64,000 bases of DNA from a virus. The notes under the pieces are model-generated. The model saw only the letters and a list, made by a program, of their open reading frames with translations, ran no database searches and was not told the origin of the DNA. The DNA lies in IMG/VR virus record IMGVR_UViG_3300049489_001303, positions 96,001 to 160,000 of that record; one strand, 5' to 3'. A program made the translations under genes and the position numbers. Positions 54,558 through 63,047 of the stretch are shown piece after piece (position 1 is the first letter of the stretch; each line of letters begins with the position of its first letter).

Positions 54558-55125
54558 CCCCCTGAGTATTGTGGGCATCGCCGGAGGGTTGAACTGCGGT
54601 AAAGGTGCTGTCGCCGCTGTGTTCCACGGCCAAGGATATATGGAACGAAACTTCTCAGATCCCCTCAAGCGTATTGTCCGTGAGCTTTTCAACGTTTCCA
54701 CCAAAGAGTTATGGGGCCCCAGCCAGAACCGATCCCCCGAGGTGCGTGCCATGCTGCAGGAGTTAGGCACAGACTACGCCCGTAAGTTCCGGCCCAACAT
54801 CTGGGTGGATAAGATGGAAGAGTCCCTTTCTGCCTTTGCCTCCAGTGGCATCAAGGGGTACAAAGGGGTCGTTGTAGCTGACATACGATTCCCGAATGAG
54901 ATTGAGCTGCTACGCTCCATGGGTGGAAAGATGATACGTATCCGTCGCCCGGGAAACTGCTCCCACTTGCCCACGGAGCTGGGCAAACACAGCAGTGAAA
55001 CTGCCATAGATAATATGCCTGACTCGGCCTTCGACTACATCATACAAAACGACGGAACACTGGAAGACCTCCAGAACACCGTCCTGAGCATAATCGAAGA
55101 CATCAATGCCCTTCATATCAAATGA
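54541..55125 (+). CDS. Deoxynucleoside monophosphate kinase (T4 gp1-like)
   Basis: IVGIAGGLNCGKG P-loop, FSDPLK, RAMLQELGTD, DIRFPNE, HSSE and IQNDGT. Confidence 0.9.
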   Translation: MQPINNPLSIVGIAGGLNCGKGAVAAVFHGQGYMERNFSDPLKRIVRELFNVSTKELWGPSQNRSPEVRAMLQELGTDYARKFRPNIWVDKMEESLSAFASSGIKGYKGVVVADIRFPNEIELLRSMGGKMIRIRRPGNCSHLPTELGKHSSETAIDNMPDSAFDYIIQNDGTLEDLQNTVLSIIEDINALHIK

Positions 55126-55552
55126 CCTGCCGGTAAACCCCGCCGACGGCGCCATATTCACTTACCCCGCTGGCAAGGTGGGGGGCGCTGGCAGCGCGAT
55201 CTCTCTGTACCACATGACAGAGCTGATCGGAACAACCCCCAGCGTCATGCCGGTGGCGGGGAGAGACGACCTCATGTCCCTGGAGCGGGTCGTTACCAAA
55301 GTGCCCGTCGAAAGTAAGATGGTCTTGAAAATCCTGGCCGAACAGTTTATATTCGGTTCTCTTATTTTCCATAGCGGCTTCGGGTGGTTTGGCTTCGATG
55401 ACGGAAAGGTGTCCAAGCTACCCATATATGAGCGTTTCGTGCGTGTGACTTGCGTTGTACCCATAGGCCCCACTACTGAGGGCTTGTACCTGTATGAGAA
55501 AATTGGTGTCAAACTGATTGGAGGCCTCGATGAAGAAACCAGTGGTACCTGA
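55106..55552 (+). CDS. Hypothetical protein
   Basis: 148-aa ORF overlapping both neighbours. Confidence 0.62.
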   Translation: MPFISNDLPVNPADGAIFTYPAGKVGGAGSAISLYHMTELIGTTPSVMPVAGRDDLMSLERVVTKVPVESKMVLKILAEQFIFGSLIFHSGFGWFGFDDGKVSKLPIYERFVRVTCVVPIGPTTEGLYLYEKIGVKLIGGLDEETSGT

Positions 55553-56261
55553 GGATTTAAGAAGACAAGTGGAAGAAGCTATCCGCACCGGGGCGCCCCT
55601 GCCTCCTGGAGTGGTAACGGTTGGCCCGGGCCAGAAGCCGCCGCCCGGAGCTATGTCCCTGGGATCGATCGACCCCAAGCACCCGGCCATGGCCAAGAAA
55701 GAATCCCAGAACCCGCTACCAAGTGGGGCCGCTGGGTTAAAAACCATCCGGGACGGTGGGGAATGCAACATCGGCTATGAGACGGGCAACCTGAACACCC
55801 TCATGGACAAAGTGCTCGATGACGCCAAGGGCTGCAGTGAAGAAGAGTCTGAGAAGCTGGAAGAGCTCCTCCGCGACTCACTGGCCAAGGGCGTTGTGGT
55901 GGCCATGCGCATGGAGGAGTACTGTGAGAACCACAGCTCCAGGAGGGTCTCCATCACCTTTGAGCGTCACCCTGAGTTGCTCGAAGTGCATCAGGAGATC
56001 GGCCGGCTGCAGGCTGAGGCCGAGGAAACCCGCAAGAAGATGCAGGAACTGCTGGCCGCCGGCAAAGAGGCACTGCAGAAGCGCTGGGAACTGGCCGTCA
56101 AGCTGGGTGGGCTGTCCCCCGAGAACAACTACTACATGATCAACGAAGAGGCTGGTTGTGTGGAGCTGGTTGAGCTGAACTGCCATGAGTGTAAGGGTGC
56201 TGTCAAAGTCCGGAAGGCGCGGCAGGCGTTGCAGGAATATGCGGCGAAGATCAAGCCATGA
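55530..56261 (+). CDS. Coiled-coil hypothetical protein
   Basis: GGAGG RBS before ATG 55530; Pro/Gly-rich N-terminus, coiled coil and CHEC motif. Confidence 0.7.
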   Translation: MKKPVVPEDLRRQVEEAIRTGAPLPPGVVTVGPGQKPPPGAMSLGSIDPKHPAMAKKESQNPLPSGAAGLKTIRDGGECNIGYETGNLNTLMDKVLDDAKGCSEEESEKLEELLRDSLAKGVVVAMRMEEYCENHSSRRVSITFERHPELLEVHQEIGRLQAEAEETRKKMQELLAAGKEALQKRWELAVKLGGLSPENNYYMINEEAGCVELVELNCHECKGAVKVRKARQALQEYAAKIKP

Positions 56262-56401
56262 GTGAACAACCTGAAAAAGCCCCTGAGTTTATCTGTGCTA
56301 CGTGCGCGGAGTGTATTCTGAACGATACGTATTGCTACGCTTTTGAGAGGGAAACCACCCCCGACACTGAGGGATGTATGCACTACAAGCTGCGGGTTTG
56401 A
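56258..56401 (+). CDS. Small Cys-rich protein (47 aa, below the ORF-track cutoff)
   Basis: ATGA overlap; MSEQPEKAPEFICATCAECILNDTYCYAFERETTPDTEGCMHYKLRV. Confidence 0.6.
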   Translation: MSEQPEKAPEFICATCAECILNDTYCYAFERETTPDTEGCMHYKLRV

Positions 56402-56402
56402 T

Positions 56403-57680
56403 TCACTTCTCTGAAAATCTTCGCTGGATAGCGTCCCGTAATTTAGACCCACCGTAATAGATGCCACCGCCAGTCGCCAAGGCCAGGGGGAGGGTGCGGG
56501 TAAGGGCGTTTCTTCGAAGGGCTCTGATAACCTCGGGCGTATCTGCAGCTGTTGTTAAAAACAGTTTTCGAGCCAATGTCTTCGTCGAGGGAACAACCTG
56601 AGGTCCGTACTCCAAGATGTCTTTCTTTGGCCATTCAGAGTAGTCCAATCCCTCGTAGGGAATTCCCTTCTTCAGCTGGTGCGCGACTACCCTTGCCGCC
56701 AGTTCGGGTGCTGCCAGGCCTCCCACAACAGATGCTGCCATAACGGGATCCTGGGCCGTACCATAAGCCGCTCCTCCCAATGCTGCTCCCAAAGCTGCCC
56801 TGGAGCCATAGCGGTAAGCTGCACGATCCAACAACCCCTTATAGGCTCTTGTCTGATGCCCTAAAGAAGCTGCCACTGGAACAAAGCCGGAACCTTCTCG
56901 GAGGAAATCTGCAGGAAGCATCTCACCGGGTAGCTTACCCCTGAAGCCGGAGGCCGTTCCTGCAGCGGCGTGCGCCTCTGCGGGGAACGACGAACACATC
57001 TGATCCTTGCATACGTTCTTCTCCAGATGTCTTTTAACCCGGTCTTTACCCGATCTGAATATCTTGGGGACGAATAGATCTCTGAAGGTTGCGTGGATAC
57101 CCTTGCTGAAGCTGTATTCTCTGTTCGTTCTTTTCGCCAACTCTTCGAGATACGTGGCTTGCTGTTCGGGGGTCATGGGGCGCTCAGGGCGTATAAGAAC
57201 AGCGTCCTTATATTTGTGGTGCGCCATGTGGGCTCTGAGTGTTCGGGACTGATTAGACGCCGCCTGTGGGGTGGGAATGTGGCGCCCATCATCCCCACGG
57301 AGAGCTTCTCCAGCATCTAAAATTGTGGCCTTGCCCTTGCGTTTACCGTTGATCGCTGCGGCATGAAAAAACTCACTGCCCGAGAACGGTGATTGTGTTG
57401 CTTTGAACCCTTCCCAGGAGGGTCTGGAGACGAGTAGGATGTCTCCAGGTTGCGCCATTCTTTCGAGATCTTTCAGGGACGCATGCGTCACATTGGGATT
57501 GAGGTGCGGGTCATGAACCAGCTTCTTCTCCCCGATCATACCTAAAAAAGGTGACGCTGCTGCCGCGGCACCAATCCCAAGGCTTACGTCCCTATGATCC
57601 TGCCCACTGCTCATGGCGTATTTATCGAAGGCTGCCAGATATCCCTGATTGCGGAATAATAGAAGTGCTGCGTGGGTCAT
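56403..57680 (-). CDS. Permuted papain-like (YaeF/YiiX, NlpC/P60 superfamily) protein with glycine-zipper segments
   Basis: QPGDILLV, FFHAAAI, REYSF, MCSSFPAEAH and MLPADF give the His-before-Cys permuted order. Confidence 0.75.
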   Translation of the reverse strand: MTHAALLLFRNQGYLAAFDKYAMSSGQDHRDVSLGIGAAAAASPFLGMIGEKKLVHDPHLNPNVTHASLKDLERMAQPGDILLVSRPSWEGFKATQSPFSGSEFFHAAAINGKRKGKATILDAGEALRGDDGRHIPTPQAASNQSRTLRAHMAHHKYKDAVLIRPERPMTPEQQATYLEELAKRTNREYSFSKGIHATFRDLFVPKIFRSGKDRVKRHLEKNVCKDQMCSSFPAEAHAAAGTASGFRGKLPGEMLPADFLREGSGFVPVAASLGHQTRAYKGLLDRAAYRYGSRAALGAALGGAAYGTAQDPVMAASVVGGLAAPELAARVVAHQLKKGIPYEGLDYSEWPKKDILEYGPQVVPSTKTLARKLFLTTAADTPEVIRALRRNALTRTLPLALATGGGIYYGGSKLRDAIQRRFSEK

Positions 57681-57725
57681 GTCTTATACTTCCTCCATAA
57701 CACTTCAATTATAGGAGGCTTCCAC

Positions 57726-58019
57726 ATGACCGACGAACAGAAAAAAGAAACACTCAGCAGCGTAGAGAAGAAGGCCCTTCACAGCAAGAAGTTCCTTGCG
57801 TGGCTCATCCAGCAGATTCTGATGTGCGGGATGGCTATCGTGGCGTTGGTGAAACAGCCTGACATTGGCTGGCCGCTGGCGTCCTACATGGGCGGCATCG
57901 TGTTCATGATGGGCATCAGCACCATGTGGTATCTGGGCAAACAGGCTGCCGTTGATTCGGCGGTGCGGGGCTATGCTATGCTGGCGGGGAAGAAGGATTC
58001 TACTGACGCTGGCGCATAG
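57726..58019 (+). CDS. Holin-like small membrane protein
   Basis: GGAGG RBS; SKKFLAW followed by two hydrophobic helices and YLGKQAAVD. Confidence 0.65.
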   Translation: MTDEQKKETLSSVEKKALHSKKFLAWLIQQILMCGMAIVALVKQPDIGWPLASYMGGIVFMMGISTMWYLGKQAAVDSAVRGYAMLAGKKDSTDAGA

Positions 58020-58890
58020 ACTGGCGCGGAACTTCTGGCCCCACCTCAGGGAGCATCATACCTTTACGCGCACGACTGTCCATGTAACTCTGAACAGCTG
58101 AATCACTCAAGGCTCCCGGGGCGCTACGCTCTGACGGTGCTGCGCGTAAGGATTGGCGAGGAACTTCCGGACCTACCTCTGGGAGCTGCATACCCCAATG
58201 GGAACGGCTGTCCAAATAGGCAGAGCGCCCGGCATCCGTCATAGGCTCCGGCTTACCGCCGCGGTACTCGGGAGCTGCACGCATAGACTGGCGAGGAACT
58301 TCCGGGCCTACGTCGGGGAGCATCATGCCTTTGTGTGCGCGGCTATCCATATAAGATGCACGATCGGCGTCTGTCATGTATTTCTGCCCTGTAGGGCCTT
58401 TTGCTTGCAAAGCCGAAACTGCGGAGGGTTTAGACTCTGCTGGGGACGACACGGGGGTCTGTCCCTTAGAGGCTACCACAGGGGCCACGGGCGCAGCATG
58501 GGACTCGGGAGTCTTGGGTGCGCCACCCTGAAACTTACTGAGGTCTACGCCCTTATTCCATTTCTGGAGGCGTGCCATCTGCTCAGGATCACCATTGGCC
58601 GCGGCGAGCTGCTGCCGAAGCCGGGCTTGCCAACCACCGGTGTTGCCGCCGGTGTGTTTGCGCTCATTGGATGCCACGGCGGTGGGAGCCTGCTGCATAA
58701 GCTCCTTCCTCCAAGAATCTGAGCCCGGCATCACCTTCCCGGGGAGGAGTGCCCCTACGGGATTCGCTTTTGGTTCCGTGGGTTCCGTACTGAGAGAGAA
58801 CATGGGCGGAACATCCCCTGCCATGCCTTTACCTGGTGCCGCCATCTTCTGCAAAGTTATACGTGCTATCTGCGCCGCTGTTTTGATCAT
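58000..58890 (-). CDS. Low-complexity protein with three C-terminal ~44-aa repeats
   Basis: (Y(M/L)DSR...GM.LP(D/E)VGPEVPRQS(M/L)R) x3; N-terminus MIKTAAQIARITLQKMAA. Confidence 0.75.
   Translation of the reverse strand: MIKTAAQIARITLQKMAAPGKGMAGDVPPMFSLSTEPTEPKANPVGALLPGKVMPGSDSWRKELMQQAPTAVASNERKHTGGNTGGWQARLRQQLAAANGDPEQMARLQKWNKGVDLSKFQGGAPKTPESHAAPVAPVVASKGQTPVSSPAESKPSAVSALQAKGPTGQKYMTDADRASYMDSRAHKGMMLPDVGPEVPRQSMRAAPEYRGGKPEPMTDAGRSAYLDSRSHWGMQLPEVGPEVPRQSLRAAPSERSAPGALSDSAVQSYMDSRARKGMMLPEVGPEVPRQSMRQRQ
58010..58380 (-). repeat. Three degenerate ~132-135 bp coding tandem repeats
   Basis: Recurring GA(C/T)TGGCG(A/C)GGAACTTC core near 58020, 58152 and 58287. Confidence 0.85.
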
Positions 58891-58980
58891 GTGTAAGGCT
58901 CCCTTGTTGCAAATCTTCCTCTATATTATAGAAGAACCGTGGTATAACAACTAGAATATTCACAAAGAAAGGACTACACG

Positions 58981-59196
58981 ATGAGTCACAAAAGAACTTT
59001 ACAATCCAGGTTCCGCTCCGACAAGAGATGGCGCACGTCGTCCTTTGCCGGGTCCAAAGTTATTCTGTTGGGGGTGGGGGCTGATGATCGTTTCAATGGT
59101 GAGACGTTGAGTGTGTACACGTGGTTGGTGCCATGGCTGTTTCATGAAATGGAGCCGATCTCTACGGAGAGGTTCACTGCCAGGAGACTGGCGTGA
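58981..59196 (+). CDS. Hypothetical protein, first gene of the coupled mini-gene operon
   Basis: AAAGGA RBS; GTGA overlap with the next gene. Confidence 0.6.
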   Translation: MSHKRTLQSRFRSDKRWRTSSFAGSKVILLGVGADDRFNGETLSVYTWLVPWLFHEMEPISTERFTARRLA

Positions 59197-59432
59197 TTCG
59201 CAGGTATGTGGACTACCCCCGACAACTCGGGACGCTGGAGATGGGTGGGGGCATGGGGACTTACTCGGAAACACTACACTTCACAGGCACGGTCAAATCT
59301 GGGGGAGGATCCGGTGGTGGGTATTCCGGGATGCTGGGTAATGCTTATGGCACCGGCCCTTGCGGCCTGGGCGGCTCCAGATTTGGAAATGGGACCTGTA
59401 TGAGCATTGCCCCCGATGAGTACTTCCAATGA
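59193..59432 (+). CDS. Gly-rich mini-protein 1
   Basis: GGGSGGGYSG..GNAYGTG..FGNG; coupled at both ends. Confidence 0.6.
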   Translation: MIRRYVDYPRQLGTLEMGGGMGTYSETLHFTGTVKSGGGSGGGYSGMLGNAYGTGPCGLGGSRFGNGTCMSIAPDEYFQ

Positions 59433-59521
59433 GAGATGAACACGAGCCTTGGTTCTGGGGATGCGTTGCAGCGCTGGTGCTGGTGCAGCTCTTTTATGGG
59501 GTGAGAGCGTGTCTCCAATGA
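59429..59521 (+). CDS. 30-aa single-pass membrane peptide (not in the ORF track)
   Basis: MRDEHEPWFWGCVAALVLVQLFYGVRACLQ, with ATGA overlaps at both ends. Confidence 0.6.
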   Translation: MRDEHEPWFWGCVAALVLVQLFYGVRACLQ

Positions 59522-59712
59522 GAACCCTGAATGAGTATATCCGCTCAGAGAGTCCAAAATCCACTGGCCGCGGTGACGGTTTCGACTTCGGGATCGGGTT
59601 GGGTACCGGTATAGGCTTTGGGATCCCCTTTGGTCTTAATGACGGTTCTGGTAAGGGCTTCGGCGGCCAGGACCTCTGGGGTCTGGAGATCGATGAAGAG
59701 GAGATGTTATGA
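59518..59712 (+). CDS. Gly-rich mini-protein 2
   Basis: MRTLNE..RGDGFDFGIGLGTGIGFG; ATGA overlaps. Confidence 0.68.
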   Translation: MRTLNEYIRSESPKSTGRGDGFDFGIGLGTGIGFGIPFGLNDGSGKGFGGQDLWGLEIDEEEML

Positions 59713-59948
59713 GGGCCATTCACACGTATCCTGTGGGGGCTGAAACATCCTACAGCGATGGCAATGGTGCTGACTTCGGTTTCTGGGACTACGGGGGTGG
59801 TGCTGGCGATGGCCGGAGCTACGGCGGTGATGGTTTTGGTGATGGCTTTGCTTTCGGTGATACTGATGGGGACGGCTACGGGGACCTTAACTGCGATAAT
59901 CGTGCAGAAGGGCCCGAAATATATGAAAGTGGGGAGTTTGTTACCTGA
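59709..59948 (+). CDS. Gly-rich mini-protein 3
   Basis: GDGRSYGGDGFGDGFAFGDTDGDGYGD. Confidence 0.7.
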   Translation: MRAIHTYPVGAETSYSDGNGADFGFWDYGGGAGDGRSYGGDGFGDGFAFGDTDGDGYGDLNCDNRAEGPEIYESGEFVT

Positions 59949-60154
59949 TGCGAACCCTCACAGACAACCTCCCCCACCGCGGAGATGGGATAATGCCCTA
60001 CCTGGATACGCTCTTCGGCGATCGTTTCGGAGGTGGCTGCGGCTATGGGGCGGGTGGCTATGGCCTTCCGGATATGTTCTTCCCTATGGAGGATCCGGAC
60101 ACTGAGTTTACACACGCATACGGCCCGGCGCTGAGTGCGTGGGAGGTACAATGA
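59948..60154 (+). CDS. Gly-rich mini-protein 4
   Basis: MRTLTDNLPHRGDG..FGGGCGYGAGGYG; TGATG overlap. Confidence 0.68.
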   Translation: MRTLTDNLPHRGDGIMPYLDTLFGDRFGGGCGYGAGGYGLPDMFFPMEDPDTEFTHAYGPALSAWEVQ

Positions 60155-60372
60155 AAACAGTGACAGGTGAGAGTGTTTACCGGGGAGACGGTCACTCTGG
60201 CGGCTTTGGGTGGGGCTTTACCTCCGGTAGGGGCAGTGGGTGCGGCGCCATGAATCCTGTTCAAAGGGGGAATGGTTACGGCTGCGGCGAACCCTTTGGC
60301 AATCACGCCGGAGACTCCGTTTTCGACTACCTCCCCCATGGTGACGTTATAGATATGACGAGGACACAATGA
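60151..60372 (+). CDS. Gly-rich mini-protein 5
   Basis: GGAGGT RBS; MKTVTGESVYRGDGHSGGFGWG. Confidence 0.72.
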   Translation: MKTVTGESVYRGDGHSGGFGWGFTSGRGSGCGAMNPVQRGNGYGCGEPFGNHAGDSVFDYLPHGDVIDMTRTQ

Positions 60373-60590
60373 GAATAGTAACAGGTGAATCCCTCCCCTC
60401 CCGCGGGGACGGGTGTGAGGGTGGCTTTGGGTGGGGATATAACAAGCACGGTGGTGGGGGTATGAGCAGATTCTACGTCGGCCAAGGGTCCGGCTACGGG
60501 TTCGGTTTCGAATTCGGTAACTCTGTGGGAGGTAGCTTCAGCTCCTATTGGCCCATCGGCGCTAACCCGATAAGAGGGGATTTGCAATGA
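60369..60590 (+). CDS. Gly-rich mini-protein 6
   Basis: MRIVTGESLPSRGDGCEGGFGWG; clear paralog of no. 5. Confidence 0.72.
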   Translation: MRIVTGESLPSRGDGCEGGFGWGYNKHGGGGMSRFYVGQGSGYGFGFEFGNSVGGSFSSYWPIGANPIRGDLQ

Positions 60591-60814
60591 GCATCCGAAC
60601 ATACTACGTGGTTGAAACCCTCAGGAATCACCTCTACATCAACATTGGCACAGGCATCGGTAATGGTTTTAATTTCGGATCCCACGATGAAACATACAGC
60701 TTTGATGGGGATGGGCAAGGTTACGGATATGGTTCGGACCTGGGCCTGGCTCCCCGTGAGCACATACTGTCGTATTGTTTCCCCGCAATTAGAAAGGGTT
60801 TTGAGCATGAGTAG
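60587..60814 (+). CDS. Gly-rich mini-protein 7
   Basis: GTGIGNGFNFG..DGDGQGYGYG. Confidence 0.65.
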   Translation: MSIRTYYVVETLRNHLYINIGTGIGNGFNFGSHDETYSFDGDGQGYGYGSDLGLAPREHILSYCFPAIRKGFEHE

Positions 60815-61448
60815 TGACTTGTATAAGAAATGGTTCGAGGTGGGTTCCACTACAGAACCCATTAATCATGCGGTGGCTGAAGAGACGCTGCGTAGAGCCT
60901 ACGCCGCGGCGGGCTTGAGTGAGTTGGAAGAGATAACCTGGGTAGACTCGCCGATGGGTGCGATGTTTGCGGCCTCGAGAATATGGCCGGGAGACGAAAA
61001 GGGTGGTCTGGCTTATACACTGACGCAGATGGTCTGCTACGGCCAGCTGGACGCTGGGTGGCACGCCTTTTATGAGCGGTTGGCGAATCATATCGTCGAT
61101 CGTGCCGGCAGTCTCATGCTCTGCCATGAGCTGGCCACGGTGGCGCATTGGTGGTGGGCGTTCAAGAAGCATGCGATCATGTGCGAACGTCCCATCGTCT
61201 TTTGCGTGGATGAGGCGCTGCGTCCCCACTGCACCACCGGCCCGGCGATTCGGTATCGTGACGGCTTTGAAATATACGCCGTTGGGGGCGTGAGGGTGCC
61301 GCAGGTTGCAATACTGAAACCCACGGAGATCACCGCTGAGATGATTATGGGACAGGGGGATATCAAGGTCAGGAGTGCCATGCGGTCACTCGCCCCGGCG
61401 ATTGTGGGGCTGTTGAGTGCAGAGGCTGACACAGGCGACACTTTATGA
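60807..61448 (+). CDS. DUF6745-like protein
   Basis: Likely start MSSDLYKKW. WVDSPM, YGQLDAGW and WWWAF..CERP...PHCTTGPAIRYRDGFEIYAVGGVRVP are motifs I associate with DUF6745. Confidence 0.72.
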   Translation: MSSDLYKKWFEVGSTTEPINHAVAEETLRRAYAAAGLSELEEITWVDSPMGAMFAASRIWPGDEKGGLAYTLTQMVCYGQLDAGWHAFYERLANHIVDRAGSLMLCHELATVAHWWWAFKKHAIMCERPIVFCVDEALRPHCTTGPAIRYRDGFEIYAVGGVRVPQVAILKPTEITAEMIMGQGDIKVRSAMRSLAPAIVGLLSAEADTGDTL

Positions 61449-61463
61449 GCTACAATTAACGGC

Positions 61464-61883
61464 ATGGATACTCTACCTGTTTACATAGGACTTCTCGCTT
61501 TCTTCACTCAGATATGGGTTCACGAGGGCAGCCATCTGGCCATGGTGAAGATCCTGGCGCCGGAGTCACGCATCAGAAGCTTCAAACCTTGGCCCCATAT
61601 TCAGAATAAGCGTCTGTATATGGGGCGTTTGGTAGTGGACAATCCCACCCCGCTAAGGGGATTGCATCTGTGCTACTTCCTGGCCGCGCCGCTGATTGGG
61701 GCCACAATAGCACTCTGCATCTACGGGGCGTTGGGGGACCTGTTTGTACTGGCCTGCATTTCCCCACTGATCGATATCGCTTTCTGGATGCTTTGTGCTA
61801 TGCTCCTACCCGCAGACCCCGATGAGACAACAAACGACGGGCCACGCTGTATGGCCGCTTGGAAGGATAAAGATGCACGCTAG
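61464..61883 (+). CDS. M50/site-2-protease-like membrane metallopeptidase
   Basis: HEGSH within a hydrophobic helix, FLAAPLIG and a C-terminal NDG. Confidence 0.65.
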   Translation: MDTLPVYIGLLAFFTQIWVHEGSHLAMVKILAPESRIRSFKPWPHIQNKRLYMGRLVVDNPTPLRGLHLCYFLAAPLIGATIALCIYGALGDLFVLACISPLIDIAFWMLCAMLLPADPDETTNDGPRCMAAWKDKDAR

Positions 61884-62214
61884 AGAACGCATAGCTGCCC
61901 ATTGTGCAGAAAACGAAGAGGCTATTGTCGCCTACACCCAAGAGCTGCGGAGAGACAGTGAGAACTACTGTGTGGCGCATGGGGGTCACTTCTTCTCACC
62001 CTGGCACGTGACGTCCACCAACCCCATATTCAATGTGCCCTGCCTGGAAGAGCGCCGATGCGCCGCCTGTGGGTCTACTGAAACCCGGACACCCGAGTAT
62101 GCTCAGCTGGACATCCAGCGCTTTGCCAGTACCTCAGATGATGACCCCTTCCTCTTCCGACAGAAGAACGCCCCCCGGGTAATAGACATGGATCTTGATG
62201 ACGAGGATGATTAG
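61873..62214 (+). CDS. Cys/His-containing hypothetical protein
   Basis: AAGGA RBS; CVAHGGH...CAACG. Confidence 0.62.
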   Translation: MHARERIAAHCAENEEAIVAYTQELRRDSENYCVAHGGHFFSPWHVTSTNPIFNVPCLEERRCAACGSTETRTPEYAQLDIQRFASTSDDDPFLFRQKNAPRVIDMDLDDEDD

Positions 62215-62246
62215 GGCTATACTTCTCGGTGATGGAGGACTGACAC

Positions 62247-62615
62247 ATGTACAAGACATCTGAAGAGATCGGGTTTGAGGTTTTGGAGAAGGTGGCTGGG
62301 CGTTTTGGCGCGGCGTTGAAGGCTGGCAAAGAAGCTTGGAAGAGCTACGGAGCACCTAAGAAGGTCACTGCCCGTAAAGGCCTGTTGGGGTTTAGAAGCC
62401 GCGCTAAGCGCAATGCTGGCAAGACTACTGCCGAGAAAGCCCCCGCCGCCGAGGTGAGTGTTGGTGGCACCCCCAAAGACAAAACGAACGTTGAGACGTC
62501 TGAGCCCAAAGACAAATGGGGCAAGGCCAAGACCGTAGGTCTCCTCGGCGCTGCTGGCGCTGGCGGTTATGCCCTGGCCAACAAAGGCAGCGAGCAACAG
62601 CCTCCGCCCTACTGA
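62247..62615 (+). CDS. Basic protein with a K-x-A leader and a C-terminal glycine zipper
   Basis: GGAGGA RBS; MYKTSEEIGFEVLEKVAG...GLLGAAGAGGYALA. Confidence 0.75.
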   Translation: MYKTSEEIGFEVLEKVAGRFGAALKAGKEAWKSYGAPKKVTARKGLLGFRSRAKRNAGKTTAEKAPAAEVSVGGTPKDKTNVETSEPKDKWGKAKTVGLLGAAGAGGYALANKGSEQQPPPY

Positions 62616-62675
62616 TTCCCTTCAAAATTTCCCTCACCTTTACGGTATAAAACTTAAACACGAAAGGAGTTAACC

Positions 62676-63047
62676 TTGCTGTGCATAACTGCACTGACCG
62701 AGAACCTGCGTCAATATAGACCTATGATACAGCTGTCAGCAGCCACTCAGGAGGGTCGGCTGGTATGGCTCCTACGGTTGTGGGGTTCTGGCCAGGACGC
62801 TATGGCACTTGTAAATGCCATCACCCAATCTCCGGAATTGAACGTCATGTGCTATCAGGACTGTGACGCGTTATCACCCACACTACGGCTGGTTTTAAGT
62901 AAGATGGAAACACAAGAGATCGTACACACAACCTTCATTGGCCTGTTTGAAGCCCTGGGCTCAGAAGGTCTGAGGGCCTTAACCGAAATACCTGAGGAGC
63001 ACTGGAAAGATGTTCTTAGCCGAATTGATCCGCTACATCCAATCTAA
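62676..63047 (+). CDS. Hypothetical protein, paralog of 63010-63426
   Basis: AAGGAG RBS before the TTG; alignable motifs with its neighbour. Confidence 0.7.
   Translation: MLCITALTENLRQYRPMIQLSAATQEGRLVWLLRLWGSGQDAMALVNAITQSPELNVMCYQDCDALSPTLRLVLSKMETQEIVHTTFIGLFEALGSEGLRALTEIPEEHWKDVLSRIDPLHPI

Noticed and set aside
58010-58380. ~132-bp repeats as an RNA array
   Set aside because: They are in frame within a 296-aa ORF and vary mainly at synonymous sites.
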